A stretch of DNA of 64,000 bases from Lingula anatina (lineage: Eukaryota; Animalia; Brachiopoda). The stretch lies in assembly GCA_051362555.1 (NCBI GenBank), contig CM120642.1, positions 20,646,001 through 20,710,000 on the forward strand, given 5' to 3'. The notes under the pieces were generated by a model, which was not told where the DNA came from, did not search any database, and saw nothing but the letters and a program-made list of their open reading frames with translations. This document shows positions 40,501-51,778 of this stretch, piece after piece; position 1 is the first letter of the stretch, and each line of letters begins with the position of its first letter. Made by a program: the position numbers and the translations under genes.

Positions 40501-43500
40501 CAGTATTGACCCATTATATGCATTTCAGTGATGTTTTCAGAATGAAACCGAACAATCAAAGTTGGAAGTCAGTCTTGATGTTCCTGAACCTCGAAGGAAA
40601 TCTGCACCATTACTTGCAATGTTGATGGCCAAAAAATGTAAGCTACATGATTTTAAATTGAAAGATCTAAATTAGTTTTTATTGTACCACCATTACATAC
40701 AGTTAGTCATGGCATATATCCTCTCAATAAAACTTGTCTTGCATCTCTTCTGATAGAAAAATGGCTAATAACCCAACAGCAAGCAAAAGCTGATTTAAAA
40801 CTGTAAATTAATGCATTTCTTTTCACCAATACTACGTACCGCTATACTTTCAGACACAGATGCTGAGGTATTCATAGGGGGTCTCCTGGCTGGCCTGTTA
40901 CAACTGAACCACCCAGACTGGGGGAATAAGGAAGTGGCTCATCTGTTTCAGAAGCTGGAGGAGGGAGGGTATAATTGCATAGACAGGGCTCGGGCTTTGC
41001 TGGGGATGTCCATGTACTTGTCTGTGGATGAAATGGCTCAGGTATGTGGCAGTTGGTGTGTTCATTTCAGAAGAAAACTCGCAAACAATTTTACAATGAA
41101 GAAAAAGTCGGGCCTTTTTAGTAATGGTCCTCTTTGTGAATTGTCATATGTATAGTCGAGACTGCCACAGGCAGCAAGTGCAATGCCAGTTGGTGAGTCC
41201 CCGGCTGTGCACAATCATGGACATGATCTCTGGAAGGAGAACAGGGATAATTAGTATATGCATGGCTCTCAGCCAGAGAGGAGTCGTGTTCCTTCTTGAC
41301 TTTTTCAAATAATGTTTTTTAGGAAGTATATGAGATGATACCCTTTGGTATTTTTTCAAGGGAGTATAAATGTTCATTTTGGCCAAAAAAAAAAAATGAA
41401 TATTTTGGGGGTATCCTTTTTCCCATACTAAACATTGGTTCATGAATCCATACCAATTAACATTCAAAGTTAGTCCCTAGTTTTTTTTTCTTAATAATAC
41501 CTTGTAAGGGATTATTAAGACTGGACCTTAGTCATTAGCTGGTTTTTTCTTTACAATAATTGACGGATTAAAGGATTAAATTAAAATTGACTCATTTATT
41601 TCAGTTTGTGAATGAATATGTAAAGTTAACCTATGGGATCCGGGACCCCTATGAGTGCCGCTGTAAGACACCAGAGTGTACGTGTGATATGGAGGTGGAC
41701 TGGGAATATTCCACTGATGTCTTCAAGGAGTTGGCGGATATGGCAGGCTGGGACAGAGAAAACAAGATACTCTTTTTCCAGGTAACTTTAGGAAGAACAG
41801 GTGCAGTGTCATATAAGTGATTGGAAATGTTTTGACTGAGAAGTTTTAACATCTTTCAAGTCATTTTGTGATTGTTTTAGCCAAAATATTGAATTCTTTT
41901 TAAATTGGCTGAAGCATTATCAAACTACATTTTTGGAAAGAACAAATAAAACATTAAAAAGGTTTAGGTTCTGCACATATCCAACAGAATTGCATCACAG
42001 CCAACACAATCAAACAAGTTTTGTTGTGCAAATGTTATAACAAAAAAAATATATATATTTATATTGCAGGAAGTTTGATTTAAATATAACTGATCACCAG
42101 TGATAAGTATCTATCAGTTTTAAGATATTCACCATCAAGTTAAATATAAATATCTTGACTGGCAACCTTACAGAAAGCCTCGTACCAGCTCTGGCATACA
42201 GACTGCCTGAGTAGTGCCCTGGAGAAGTACGGCCTACTGGACAGGTCCAGGGGTGATATGGACGAGGAGGCGGTCAGGGCTATACTTAAAGGTTGCACTC
42301 CTCTGCCGTATACAATGGAGTACATCCTCAAGTACTACGGAGACGAGCCTGGACTGGTGCAGGAACTGATGAAACATATTCCAGAGTCTGAGGCCAAGCC
42401 TAAGGTAGGTACTAAATTTTCTTTTGTATGGATTTATCTTGGATTTTGTTTTGTTTATTTTCTCTCCCCTACAATACATTTTGTAAGTTTTGAATGAGCG
42501 GAGTTTCATCAACCAACTGATTTTTAATCCCAAATATCTACTTGAACAAATACAACTTGTTAATAGGTGAGAAGGAAATTTGCTTTGCCAGTATAGGTAA
42601 TTGTTGTTGTTCAATTTTTGTCAATATAAGGGCACATTCCCAGAGATTTAGATCGATCCAACTAGATCGACCTAACTTCGTGGGGGTTCACGCTAAATAG
42701 CTGTCAGCCGAGCACACACTATAGTTAATTACCTCCTTACAGCTTTTAGTAGGCGGGACAGGTGCTTAAGCCGGCTAAGCTGACAGTAAACTAGTGAGTC
42801 TCCCCACAGGGATAGATCAATCTAAAATCTGTGGGAATGTGGTCTCAGTTATGGTATAAAATGAAGCTAACTAGGCTGCACAGATAAATCAATTATGAAT
42901 TGATACATCAGTTTGACTTATTATATTATATTATATTATATTATATTATATTATATTATATTAGCAGTCCTCTGGGAACACTGGCTCCCACTGTGCAGGC
43001 AGGTCAGGTAACTGTAAGAACTCGGCCAAGAAGATGTGTGAAAATGGGATGTGTAGTAAGTAAGTAAACTCTGACAGGTGAAAAATAAAAGCAAAAGATA
43101 ATTGGGCAGTGTTTAGTAAGAGCTTTTTTACAACAGGTGAAGGTATCATGTCATTTGTGATACTAAAGCTGTTCATTTAATATACGAAAACTGTGACGTT
43201 TTCTTCTAAGATTCTTAAAAGTATATCACATATCCATGTTACCTTGTAGTAAATGAATGAATTTATCAAGGAAAATAGTCCTGTTGTGTTGGAAGAGTTG
43301 AAAGTGGAAAGAGGTAGCATATATTAAAATAAATGATGTAAATGTCTTTGTTTTCCTCTCTTTCAGGTGCTGCAGACATTCCAAACGCATGTGTGAAATT
43401 CATGGCCACAATTTGGGCTTTGAGGATGGAGTCGGCCATATTGACATCCCCAACCACCACCGCTACGTGTCCGTGAAACCTTTTCTCCACATCTTGTCTA

Positions 43501-45677
43501 ATGCAGATTGGGGGGAGGCCCTGCAGAAGAAAGGCGAACAGGGCTACAGAAATATTAAGTTTGGGCCGGATGTGGATCTGAAGGACCACCATATTGAGCT
43601 TTTGGCTTCCAAGTGTCCCAAGTTGGAAGTGCTAGAGATGGGCTCCTCTGACACAGGTGAGATATTGAAGGAAGAGTTGTTTCATGCCCACCAGTCCTTG
43701 TGCCAAGGATTGGAATATATCCATTTTATGTATAATGGAGAATTCAGACAATTGTTACTGGGCATTTTTTTTAACTGGAGGAACTCCAAATGTGAGCAAC
43801 ATTCTTGAGGTAAAAGCAGCAGCCCATGCCTTGATAGCTAGCAAATTCAAAATAAGTTAAACCACTGACAATATTGGTTGTGGATGAGAAGAAGTTACAC
43901 TTGTTGAATGATACTCAGATGGGATAAGAGATTGTTCATTAATTTTCAAAATTTGACTTCTAATAAATAGCACTGTAATATTTAACAATATTTGTATACA
44001 TTGGACTTTCAATGACAGTCTTAATTCAGGCTGTATGGAAAAGGCGATTCTAGGACAATCCCCCCCCCCCCCCCCCCGGACAATTCCCCCCCACCCTCCG
44101 GACTATTCCCCCCGGCCAATTCCCCCCCCCAGGACAATTCCCCCTGGACGATTCCCCCCCCCCCAAGAAATATCTATTTATACACAAATATAACGTAAAA
44201 AGTGTAAATTTCAAAACATTTCATTCATTTTATTAATATTTTAGTGTGATAATGCAACTTCATCATGAAACAAATTATTTTATAACAAAGTCCTTTTTCA
44301 TTTAGTACTAGTACAGAAAGTTTTATTAAACATTTAATCAAAGTATAACCACCTATCCTTCAGGTAAAGGTTGGGTAAACAGATAAACAGATATTTTATG
44401 AATATTTTATTGTGGTGGGTAGTGGTCAAGCAATTAAAAGTGACATATAATCAAAGGGATGCCTGGATAAGCGAGAAAATCTGTTTACCCCACCTCTCCC
44501 TAGAGATGCACCTTGATTCAAGACTTAATCAAGGGGGGGGACAGTAATTAAGCAATTATAATTTAACTTTTAAAAAAGTAACAGATAATTTATCAAAGGG
44601 TCACCTGGATGAGTGAGATCATCTGTTTATCCCACCTTAACTAGAGATGTACTTTGATCAGATTTTAAACAAAATGTTCTGTACTTATATCACTTAAAGT
44701 TTCTGTACTTGTACTACATGAAAATAATTTAATGAATATTATCTATCCTCGAGTTGCTTCATCAAACTGAGAAATATTCATAAAATGGATGAAAAGATTT
44801 GAACTTTGTACTCTTTACTTTATATTTTGTATATAAATATATATTCTTTTTTTTTTTTTTTTTTTTGGGGGGGGGGAATCGTCCGGGGGGGAAATGTCCT
44901 GGGGGGGGGAATTGTCCAAAGGGGGGAATAGTCCGGGGGGGAATTGTCCTGTTACCAGAAAAGGCTAGTATTTTGTAGATGACACTGAGGAAATGGTAAC
45001 TCTGAACAAGTAATTTTGATTTCATTTATCAAAGACAAGTAAAAATGCTGAAGTTTATTTTATATTTACTTGCTATCTTCATTTAAGGGTCAGGGGCCAG
45101 AGTAAGTGACCGGGCAATAAAATGCCTAGCTGACCGGTGTCCTAAACTGAGGAAGCTAAAATTGGAATCGTTCACCAGCATCAGTGATGAACCCCTTCAG
45201 AGGCTCTTCAAGATGTGCTCAAACTTGGAGTGCTTTGAGGTGAGATCTGTTTTAAAAATTTACGAGAAATTAGATCAGGAATATAACCTTCAAAGTTTGT
45301 ATTTCATAGTAACTCACTTTTTTTCTGAAAGCAATGGATCAGTTTAAGGAGTCGGGCTCTATTAATTTTGCTGCTAATAGAGAATTGTATTTTAAATTAG
45401 TTTTAAAGATGACAAATTTAAGACTGATTTTATAAGATGAAATTCTTCAAGGAAAAATTAATCTTATTGCAATTTTGTATCGATTTATTTTTAGATAAGC
45501 GGCAACGACAAAGTATGTGGGAGGCTGACAGAAAAGTTGGTAAAACAGCTGTTTAACAAAAAACTTCTCCCAAAACTCCGCTTCCTGAGTTTGCAGGATC
45601 AGCTGAACATTAGTCCGGATGTGATATTTAGACTCCGGAGATGCAGAACCAATGTTAAAATCATACACTCGCAATAA
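30824..45677 (+). CDS. Uncharacterised ~1110-aa multidomain protein: 2x CCCH zinc finger, coiled coil, 3x acidic SRCAP/MIER-like module, SHI/STY-like zinc finger, Cys-containing LRRs; 22 exons
   Basis: Exons: 30824-30912, 31129-31198, 31653-31720, 33863-33956, 34316-34438, 34706-34817, 36519-36818, 37108-37178, 37531-37756, 38296(or 38302)-38372, 38599-38899, 39232-39302, 39725-39908, 40113-40252, 40541-40637, 40854-41041, 41605-41781, 42174-42404, 42968-43059, 43367-43656, 45088-45239, 45495-45677. All introns are GT-AG with continuous phase (3336 nt). gccATG start with an upstream in-frame stop; AATAAA near 45963. Motifs: CKYFARGSCKFGNDCYFSH, CKNYLRDGSCSFGDNCWYRH, CKNSAKKMCENGMCSKCCRHSKRMCEIH, LASKCPKLEVLEM, LADRCPKLRKLKLE, LFKMCSNLECFEI. 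Confidence 0.85.
37825..38139. repeat. ~40-bp direct repeats flanking a ~235-bp intronic insert
   Basis: ACTCTAAGTGACAAA(A/T)AGATGAATTAGCAGAAATAACCAAG at ~37825 and ~38099. Confidence 0.7.
42629..42845. mobile_element. Harbinger-like MITE in intron 18
   Basis: TIRs AGGGCACATTCCCAGAGATTTAGATCGATC / GATCAATCTAAAATCTGTGGGAATGTGGTCT. Confidence 0.6.
42918..42962. repeat. (TTATA)n microsatellite abutting the exon 19 acceptor
   Basis: About nine TTATA units followed by TTAGCAG. Confidence 0.9.
44046..44956. mobile_element. Mutator-like foldback MITE (~910 bp) in intron 20
   Basis: About 230-bp TIRs built from GGACAATTCCCCCC subrepeats; 9-bp TSD GGAAAAGGC / AGAAAAGGC (8/9 match). Confidence 0.75.
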
Positions 45678-46483
45678 CTTCAATATTTGCAATCCTTTTT
45701 CAACGAGAACTCTCACAGACGCACTTTATTTCAATTTTGTGACTTAAAAAAGAATATTTTGAAAATGTCACCATGTATAATCAGCAATGTATGTACTATT
45801 TATACTGATATATAATGATATTTATAACAAATGATTATTGCTATTTACTCACATATAATACATCGTTTTGCATTGACCTTGTCTCGTACTACAGTGGATA
45901 GTCTTTCTTAGCAATTGATGAGACATGCACTATTTATATTACCTTATAGAACACATGCAAAAAATAAAAAAAACGTTTCTTCAACGTGTCTTTCCATGGT
46001 TGTACATGAATCTAAAGCAAAACTAAAGTTGTTATTTTGAACTGGGGTTTGGTTTGACTTAACGAAGTCGGGCGTGTTACGAAAAACGAACTTCCCCCGC
46101 TTCACTTATTGCGCAACACCAAATCCGTTCTTGTTTGTTTCACTAAGATTTGTTTGAACAGACTCCATATATGAACAAATAATGTAAACACTTTCAAGCA
46201 TGTCCTTTTATTTATGCAGGAAAATTGTATTCAATCTCAAACACGTTACTCGCCCCCGAGACACGATTCTCAGTAATCAGAAAATCGTTTTATGGTTGCC
46301 CAGCTTGATCTCACCGCCAGTCACGCATGCAGACCGGTATTCAAAGCCTTTTAAAGTGAAGTTGATATTTGCACTATACAGTCTGTTTCTCAACTACTGC
46401 TATTCACGTAACTGGTAGGATAATTGGATAATTGATTTTAATTTTTAATGGAACTTAAACGAGGGCGACCCCCCCCCCCCCCC

Positions 46484-46540
<57 letters not shown>

Positions 46541-47314
46541 AACCAAGGATACATCAACATCAATTCTTCAGTACTAGGCAAAGTCACAAGGTTTTGTTGC
46601 AATGTCACCGCAATTCGTGTGCCTCCCTTTAATCCGATTACTTTTGGGATATGTGCAAGATTCAAAATGAAATGAACAAACAGTAAATGAAATTGAAATG
46701 GCCCGCCGCGAATCATACCAGATAGGCAACTAATATCATCATGAGAGTACTGCACAATTAAATAGAGAGTCCAGATTTCCGCCAACGCAGCTCAATTCTC
46801 ATAATAAATTAATCTATTTATTGATGGATCTCCACCAAATTTTAATGTATTTTAAGTTAGCCTTTTTTTACCTTTAACGAAAATTTTGTCAACATCCGTT
46901 AGGCTGTTAACTAAGAAATTAACCCTCCAGGGTGTCCGCCTTCTCGTGAAATATTTTTACATATAACGAAAATTCGGTCGTGAAATGTTATGATAATAGC
47001 TTTAAGTCAGAGATCCAGGGTTGAATTCTTTTGTTGTAAATTATTTTTAAAAAAAGAAAGAAAGAAAGAAACTTGAGTTGAGTTTTAACTACAGTAACTG
47101 TCTTTCCTTTGGTTTGAAAAATATGAAATTTATGATCTCACTAAGTGGTGGGTTACATAAAGGGTAACATTCAATTTAATTCCACAAACGAATCGCAGCA
47201 GGTCAAACAGAACCATTGTTTCTACTTTAAAATGTAGATTCAGACGCATGCCTGTTTGCATGCTTTTCAAAACTGACCAGCCCACGACCTACAGGTGGTC
47301 AATCAATTATTATC

Positions 47315-47321
47315 TATAAAA
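47315..47321 (+). promoter_or_regulatory. TATA box of the secreted repeat-protein gene
   Basis: TATAAAA 65 bp upstream of the ATG at 47380, with an Inr-like TCACTT near 47344. Confidence 0.65.
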
Positions 47322-47379
47322 GTTCTCGGAAAATCAGGACAAATCACTTACTCGAAGAGATTGTCTCCGAAAACTGAAA

Positions 47380-50300
47380 ATGAAGCTTGCAACTCTCGTC
47401 GTATTGACAGCGCTGGTCTGCGCTGCTTTGGCTTTTCCACGCGGAAAGTAAGTAAATCACTTATCATTATTTAGCGTTACGTTGTGTTTTAACCGAAATG
47501 GCAGTATTTTTGCGATGGTAGATGGAACGCGTTCGACTTCATTTGAACAAATTAAGTCGAAAAGCTTTCTTTGTGGTATATTCTCATAATTTTATAGTTT
47601 ACGTTATTAATGACAATTGTCTTTTAATTTTGATAAAAAATGATACCTTGTTTGTTACTTTTAAGTTACTGCGAGGAAAATTGCCTTTTTAAATATCCTT
47701 GTTTGGGAAAAATTAGTTTTGTTACTGACAACCATTTAAGCCTAGATTACAATTGCCATGCGATGTGAGTACGGTGCTCGTTTACTGCCCGTAAATTCCT
47801 TTTTTTGTGCGGCGTTTGTGCGGAGGCACACGGTGGCCGTGCGAAATCGTGCAAAATCGTACGGATTCACGGCTTCTGTAGCCTATACGATTTTGTCAAG
47901 ATAACACACTTTGACAATTTATTTTTAAATCGTAAGACCGTAGGCCAAAATCATTTCCCGTAAGGGCATTCTTTGTTGGGCTTGCGGTAATCACTTGGGT
48001 GAAAAAACTAATGCACTATGAAAGCATCTGAAAGGCAGCGGCGCGGAAGGCGTGCAGCAACTGCACTGAGACTGAAGAGGCTCCATTCGACCACTTTTTA
48101 ACCGAAAACCTATCTTCCTTACTTGACATGTCGGAGAAATCACAGGGCACCAGCACGTAATTAATGTAGGCGTACGTATACTCGCCGTAGTCGGAGAAAT
48201 CACAGGGCACCAGCACGTAATTAATGTAGGCGTAGTATACTCGCCGTAGTCCGTAACTACTTACGATGTCAAAAAAATCGTACGGCGCGCGTGGCAAATT
48301 TAATCTATGCTTCACAGACAAACATTATGGTTACGGTACATGTATGAAAAAATTCAGCTTGTATTTTATTATTATCATATATAAGCTTTAAATCCTATTG
48401 AAGGCATTTATTATTTTATTTTATTTTTTGTCCTTGTTTATGTATAAGACCTACTGAAATGGATTTTTGAAATATCATTGATATAAAACTTGATCGTTGG
48501 CTAAGGGTGAGCGTGATTCATGACTCAAGTCTAATAAGAGCCCTGATAGTAAGACAATCATACAAAGAGTACAGCATCAAGGATGACAACGACATCACAA
48601 ATGTTCGAAACATGTTTTGAGAAAAATGCAATCTTTATAAGGAATCTCATATGCGTACCTTATTGAGAATATACCCAGAGTTTTCAATTTTATGTAGTGC
48701 TCTTTCGCGTGGTTAACGTTGACATTTTGAAAAAGAAGTGACAAGCCTAGATAACGTGTAGACGAATTGTCCGTAAATGGTATTCCATTAAGTCGATTTT
48801 TAAAGTTAACTTTATTATATGAATTCAAAATAAGCATACAAACGACATAAGGTTTTTTACCAGTCTCCGACCCTGACTTGGTGCCGAAGACCACGCACCA
48901 TCTCCGGCCAAAAAACGTAAAAATGTGGTGCGCAAGCATTCATGTGACACGCGCGGCAACTAGAAACATTACCTTTTTTGGACCTGAAATGCTTTTCCAT
49001 TGTCAATAATTTAGATTAAGGCAATTTTTACCATTTGGATTTAAATCCATTAGCAGTCCTAAGATATGCACAGTCATGTGAAGAAAGTTAAAGTATTATA
49101 GTCTACTTTTTGGCGCAGAAATTTGCTGACTTTACTTCATAGATATGGTATACTTGACCATTTTCTATTTCTGTTAACTGGCATCACTTTATCTAGTTCC
49201 AAACTCAGCAATGCTACAGATATACAATTTTTTATTTGCCCAAGCCACGGAAGCTGCCGCATGTAATTCCTATATTTTCATAAAAAATGTTTTAAGCAGG
49301 GTTCTTTGTTTCATTACCTCAAAAATATACAACGGCGCTTATTACACAGGAAAGTTAACAAGGACGTAGAAAGACTGTAAACAACCACAAAATCATCAAC
49401 TATGATGGATGCTGCAAATAGATGCTGCAAATATGTCTTCACTATATAAAATTTTTACTGTTGCTTTTTAGGACATGGAAAGGAATGGGGAAAGGACCAA
49501 AGCCAACTGGCGACAAGCCAGAAGGTATGATGCGACCAAAGCCAACTGGTGATAAGCCAGAATGGATGAAGCGACCAAAGCCAACTGGTGATGGTCCAGA
49601 AGAGCGCAAGGCGCCAAAAGGACCAAGGCCAACTGGTGACAAACCAGAAGAGCGCAAGGCACCAAAAGGACCAAGGCCAACTGGTGACAAGCCAGAAGGT
49701 ATGAAGCGACCAAAGCCAACTGGTGATGGTCCAGAAGAGCGCAAGGTGCCAAAAGGACCAAGGCCAACTGGTGACAAACCAGAAGAGCGCAAGGCACCAA
49801 AAGGACCAAGGCCAACTGGTGACAAGCCAGAAGGTATGAAGCGACCAAAGCCAACTGGTGATGGTCCAGAAGAGCGCAAGGCGCCAAAAGGACCAAGGCC
49901 AACTGGTGACAAGCCAGAAGAGCGCAAGGCACCAAAAGGACCAAGGCCAACTGGTGACAAGCCAGAAGGAATGAAGCGACCAAAGCCAACTGGAGATAAG
50001 CCAGAAGAGATGAAGCGACCAAAGCCAACTGGTGATGGTCCAGAAGAGCGCAAGGCACCAAAAGGACCAAAACCAACTGGTGACAAGCCAGAAGGGATGA
50101 AGCGACCAAAGCCAACTGGTGATGGTCCAGAAGAGCGCAAGGCGCCAAAAGGACCAAGGCCAACTGGTGACAAGCCAGAAGAGCGCAAGGCGCCAAAAGG
50201 ACCAAGGCCAACTGGTGACAAACCAGAAGAGCGCAAGGCACCAAAAGGACCAAAGCCAACTGGTGACAAGCCAGAAGGTATGAAGCGACCAAAGCCAACT

Positions 50301-50678
50301 GGTGATGGTCCAGAAGAGCGCAAGGCACCAAAAGGACCAAGGCCAACTGGTGACAAGCCAGAAGGAATGAAGCGACCAAAGCCAACTGGAGACAAGCCAG
50401 AAGGAATGAAGCGACCAAAGCCAACTGGTGATGGTCCAGAAGAGCGCAAGGCACCAAAAGGACCAAGGCCAACTGGTGACAAGCCAGAAGGAATGAAGCG
50501 ACCAAAGCCAACTGGAGACAAGCCAGAAGGAATGAAGCGACCAAAGCCAACTGGTGATGGTCCAGAAGAGCGCAAGGCACCAAAAGGACCAAGGCCAACT
50601 GGTGACAAGCCAGAAGGGATGAAGCGACCAAAGCCAACTGGTGATAGACCAAAACGGCCACGACCAACTGCTGCGTAA
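47380..50678 (+). CDS. Secreted Pro/Lys/Gly/Arg-rich tandem-repeat protein, 2 exons, 424 aa
   Basis: Exon 1 (47380-47447) encodes the signal peptide MKLATLVVLTALVCAALA-FPRG with donor AA|GTAAGT, phase 2. Exon 2 (49472-50678, ttttag|G) joins in frame and encodes 13 copies of xMKRPKPTGD(G/K)PE and 13 copies of ERKAPKGP(R/K)PTGDKPE. TATA upstream; AATAAA at 50770-50775. Confidence 0.9.
47739..48312. mobile_element. Harbinger-type MITE (AGCCTAGATTACA family) in the intron of the repeat-protein gene, with an internal 60-bp tandem duplication
   Basis: TIR AGCCTAGATTACAATTGCCA / TGGCAAATTTAATCTATGCT; 48131-48190 is repeated at 48191-48249. Confidence 0.7.
49490..50670 (+). repeat. Coding minisatellite of interleaved 39-bp and 48-bp units
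   Basis: 27 copies of the CCAACTGG(T/C/A)GA core, encoding PTGD. Confidence 0.95.
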
Positions 50679-51538
50679 ATGAATTCTCTTTAAACTATAA
50701 AACGTCAAATGTTAATGAAAATTTGAATCAGTCAAGAGTGTGTTCTTAATTTGTGAAATTAATCTTTGCAATAAATTACCTTGCTTCTGACTAATTTTCT
50801 GCAATAATCATGTTCAAACCCTGTTCAAAGAGCACATCCTCATGGAAAGTTACAACAATATGATTAAACACAGAAGATCATGCGTTTCAGATCCAGTATA
50901 TCATATGCGTGCAAGGTCATAAAATTATTGACTTTGCATTTTTTGTATAAAAGAAAAAAGACAGAACAAAAAAATCTAGCGCATAAATCCATTCTACAGG
51001 GCCCACAAAAACCATGAGCCAGATATAGAGGCGTACTTCAAAATTGAACCTTTTTTTCAAAAACTGCGCATGCTGTACGCTGGATATCCCACTCAGGACT
51101 AACTTAATTGAAAACATCTGAACTTTGCCAAACTGACAATATATAATTATTTTAACCGTTGGTTACATTTTTTTAAATTTTGATTATTATTATTAGCCAA
51201 GTCCAAGAAACCACAAAGAGGAAATTTCTTGCAAAATGCATTTATTAATAAATCGGCTGGCCAATTGGAATTTTGCGAATCATGGTATTTAAAATTGGCT
51301 TAAAAGAGTTTAGCAGTCATATCGGTATGCTATATTAATTTGTTCATAGAGATCTAGTTCTAGTTTCAAAAAGTTTATGAAATACTTGAGCAAAGTTTGT
51401 GGACGTGGCCTTCATGGCCACAAACCTCGATTAAAAGGCATACGTACTTTTATTGGCGAAAGCAAGGTAAATGAAATAATAATAATAAATGGCTGATCAA
51501 TTGGATTTTTACGAATCGCGGTATTTAAAATTACCTTA

Positions 51539-51775
51539 AGCCTGGATTTCATTTATACAGGCACCGTGCGATGAAATTGTCCGTACGATTTTTTGAAATC
51601 GTAAGGAGCTACGAGCTTCGCTGAGTATGTCTACATTACATGGCCTTTAATCAGTATGAGTCCGTGCGATTTCGCACGGCCACTGTCTACCTCCGCTCAG
51701 ACGCCGTACGAAAAGGGTATTACGGGCAGTATGCGTGCACCGTACGAGCATCACATTTCAAATGTGATCTAGGCT
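51539..51775. mobile_element. Internally deleted MITE of the AGCCTAGATTACA family, TTA TSD
   Basis: Ends AGCCTGGATTTCATTT / AAATGTGATCTAGGCT; TTA at 51536-38 and 51776-78; opposite orientation to the 47739 copy. Confidence 0.7.
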
Positions 51776-51778
51776 TTA

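Noticed and set aside
49490-50670. Repeat array as a CRISPR array or a neuropeptide precursor
   Set aside because: No unique spacers and a eukaryotic context. The KR sites are followed by Pro, which is poorly cleaved by prohormone convertases, and there are no G-KR amidation signals.
49442-50708. Three long minus-strand ORFs (388, 417 and 399 aa) antisense to the repeat exon
   Set aside because: By-product of stop-free repeat units. Only the plus frame has a TATA box, signal-peptide exon, in-phase splice and polyA signal.
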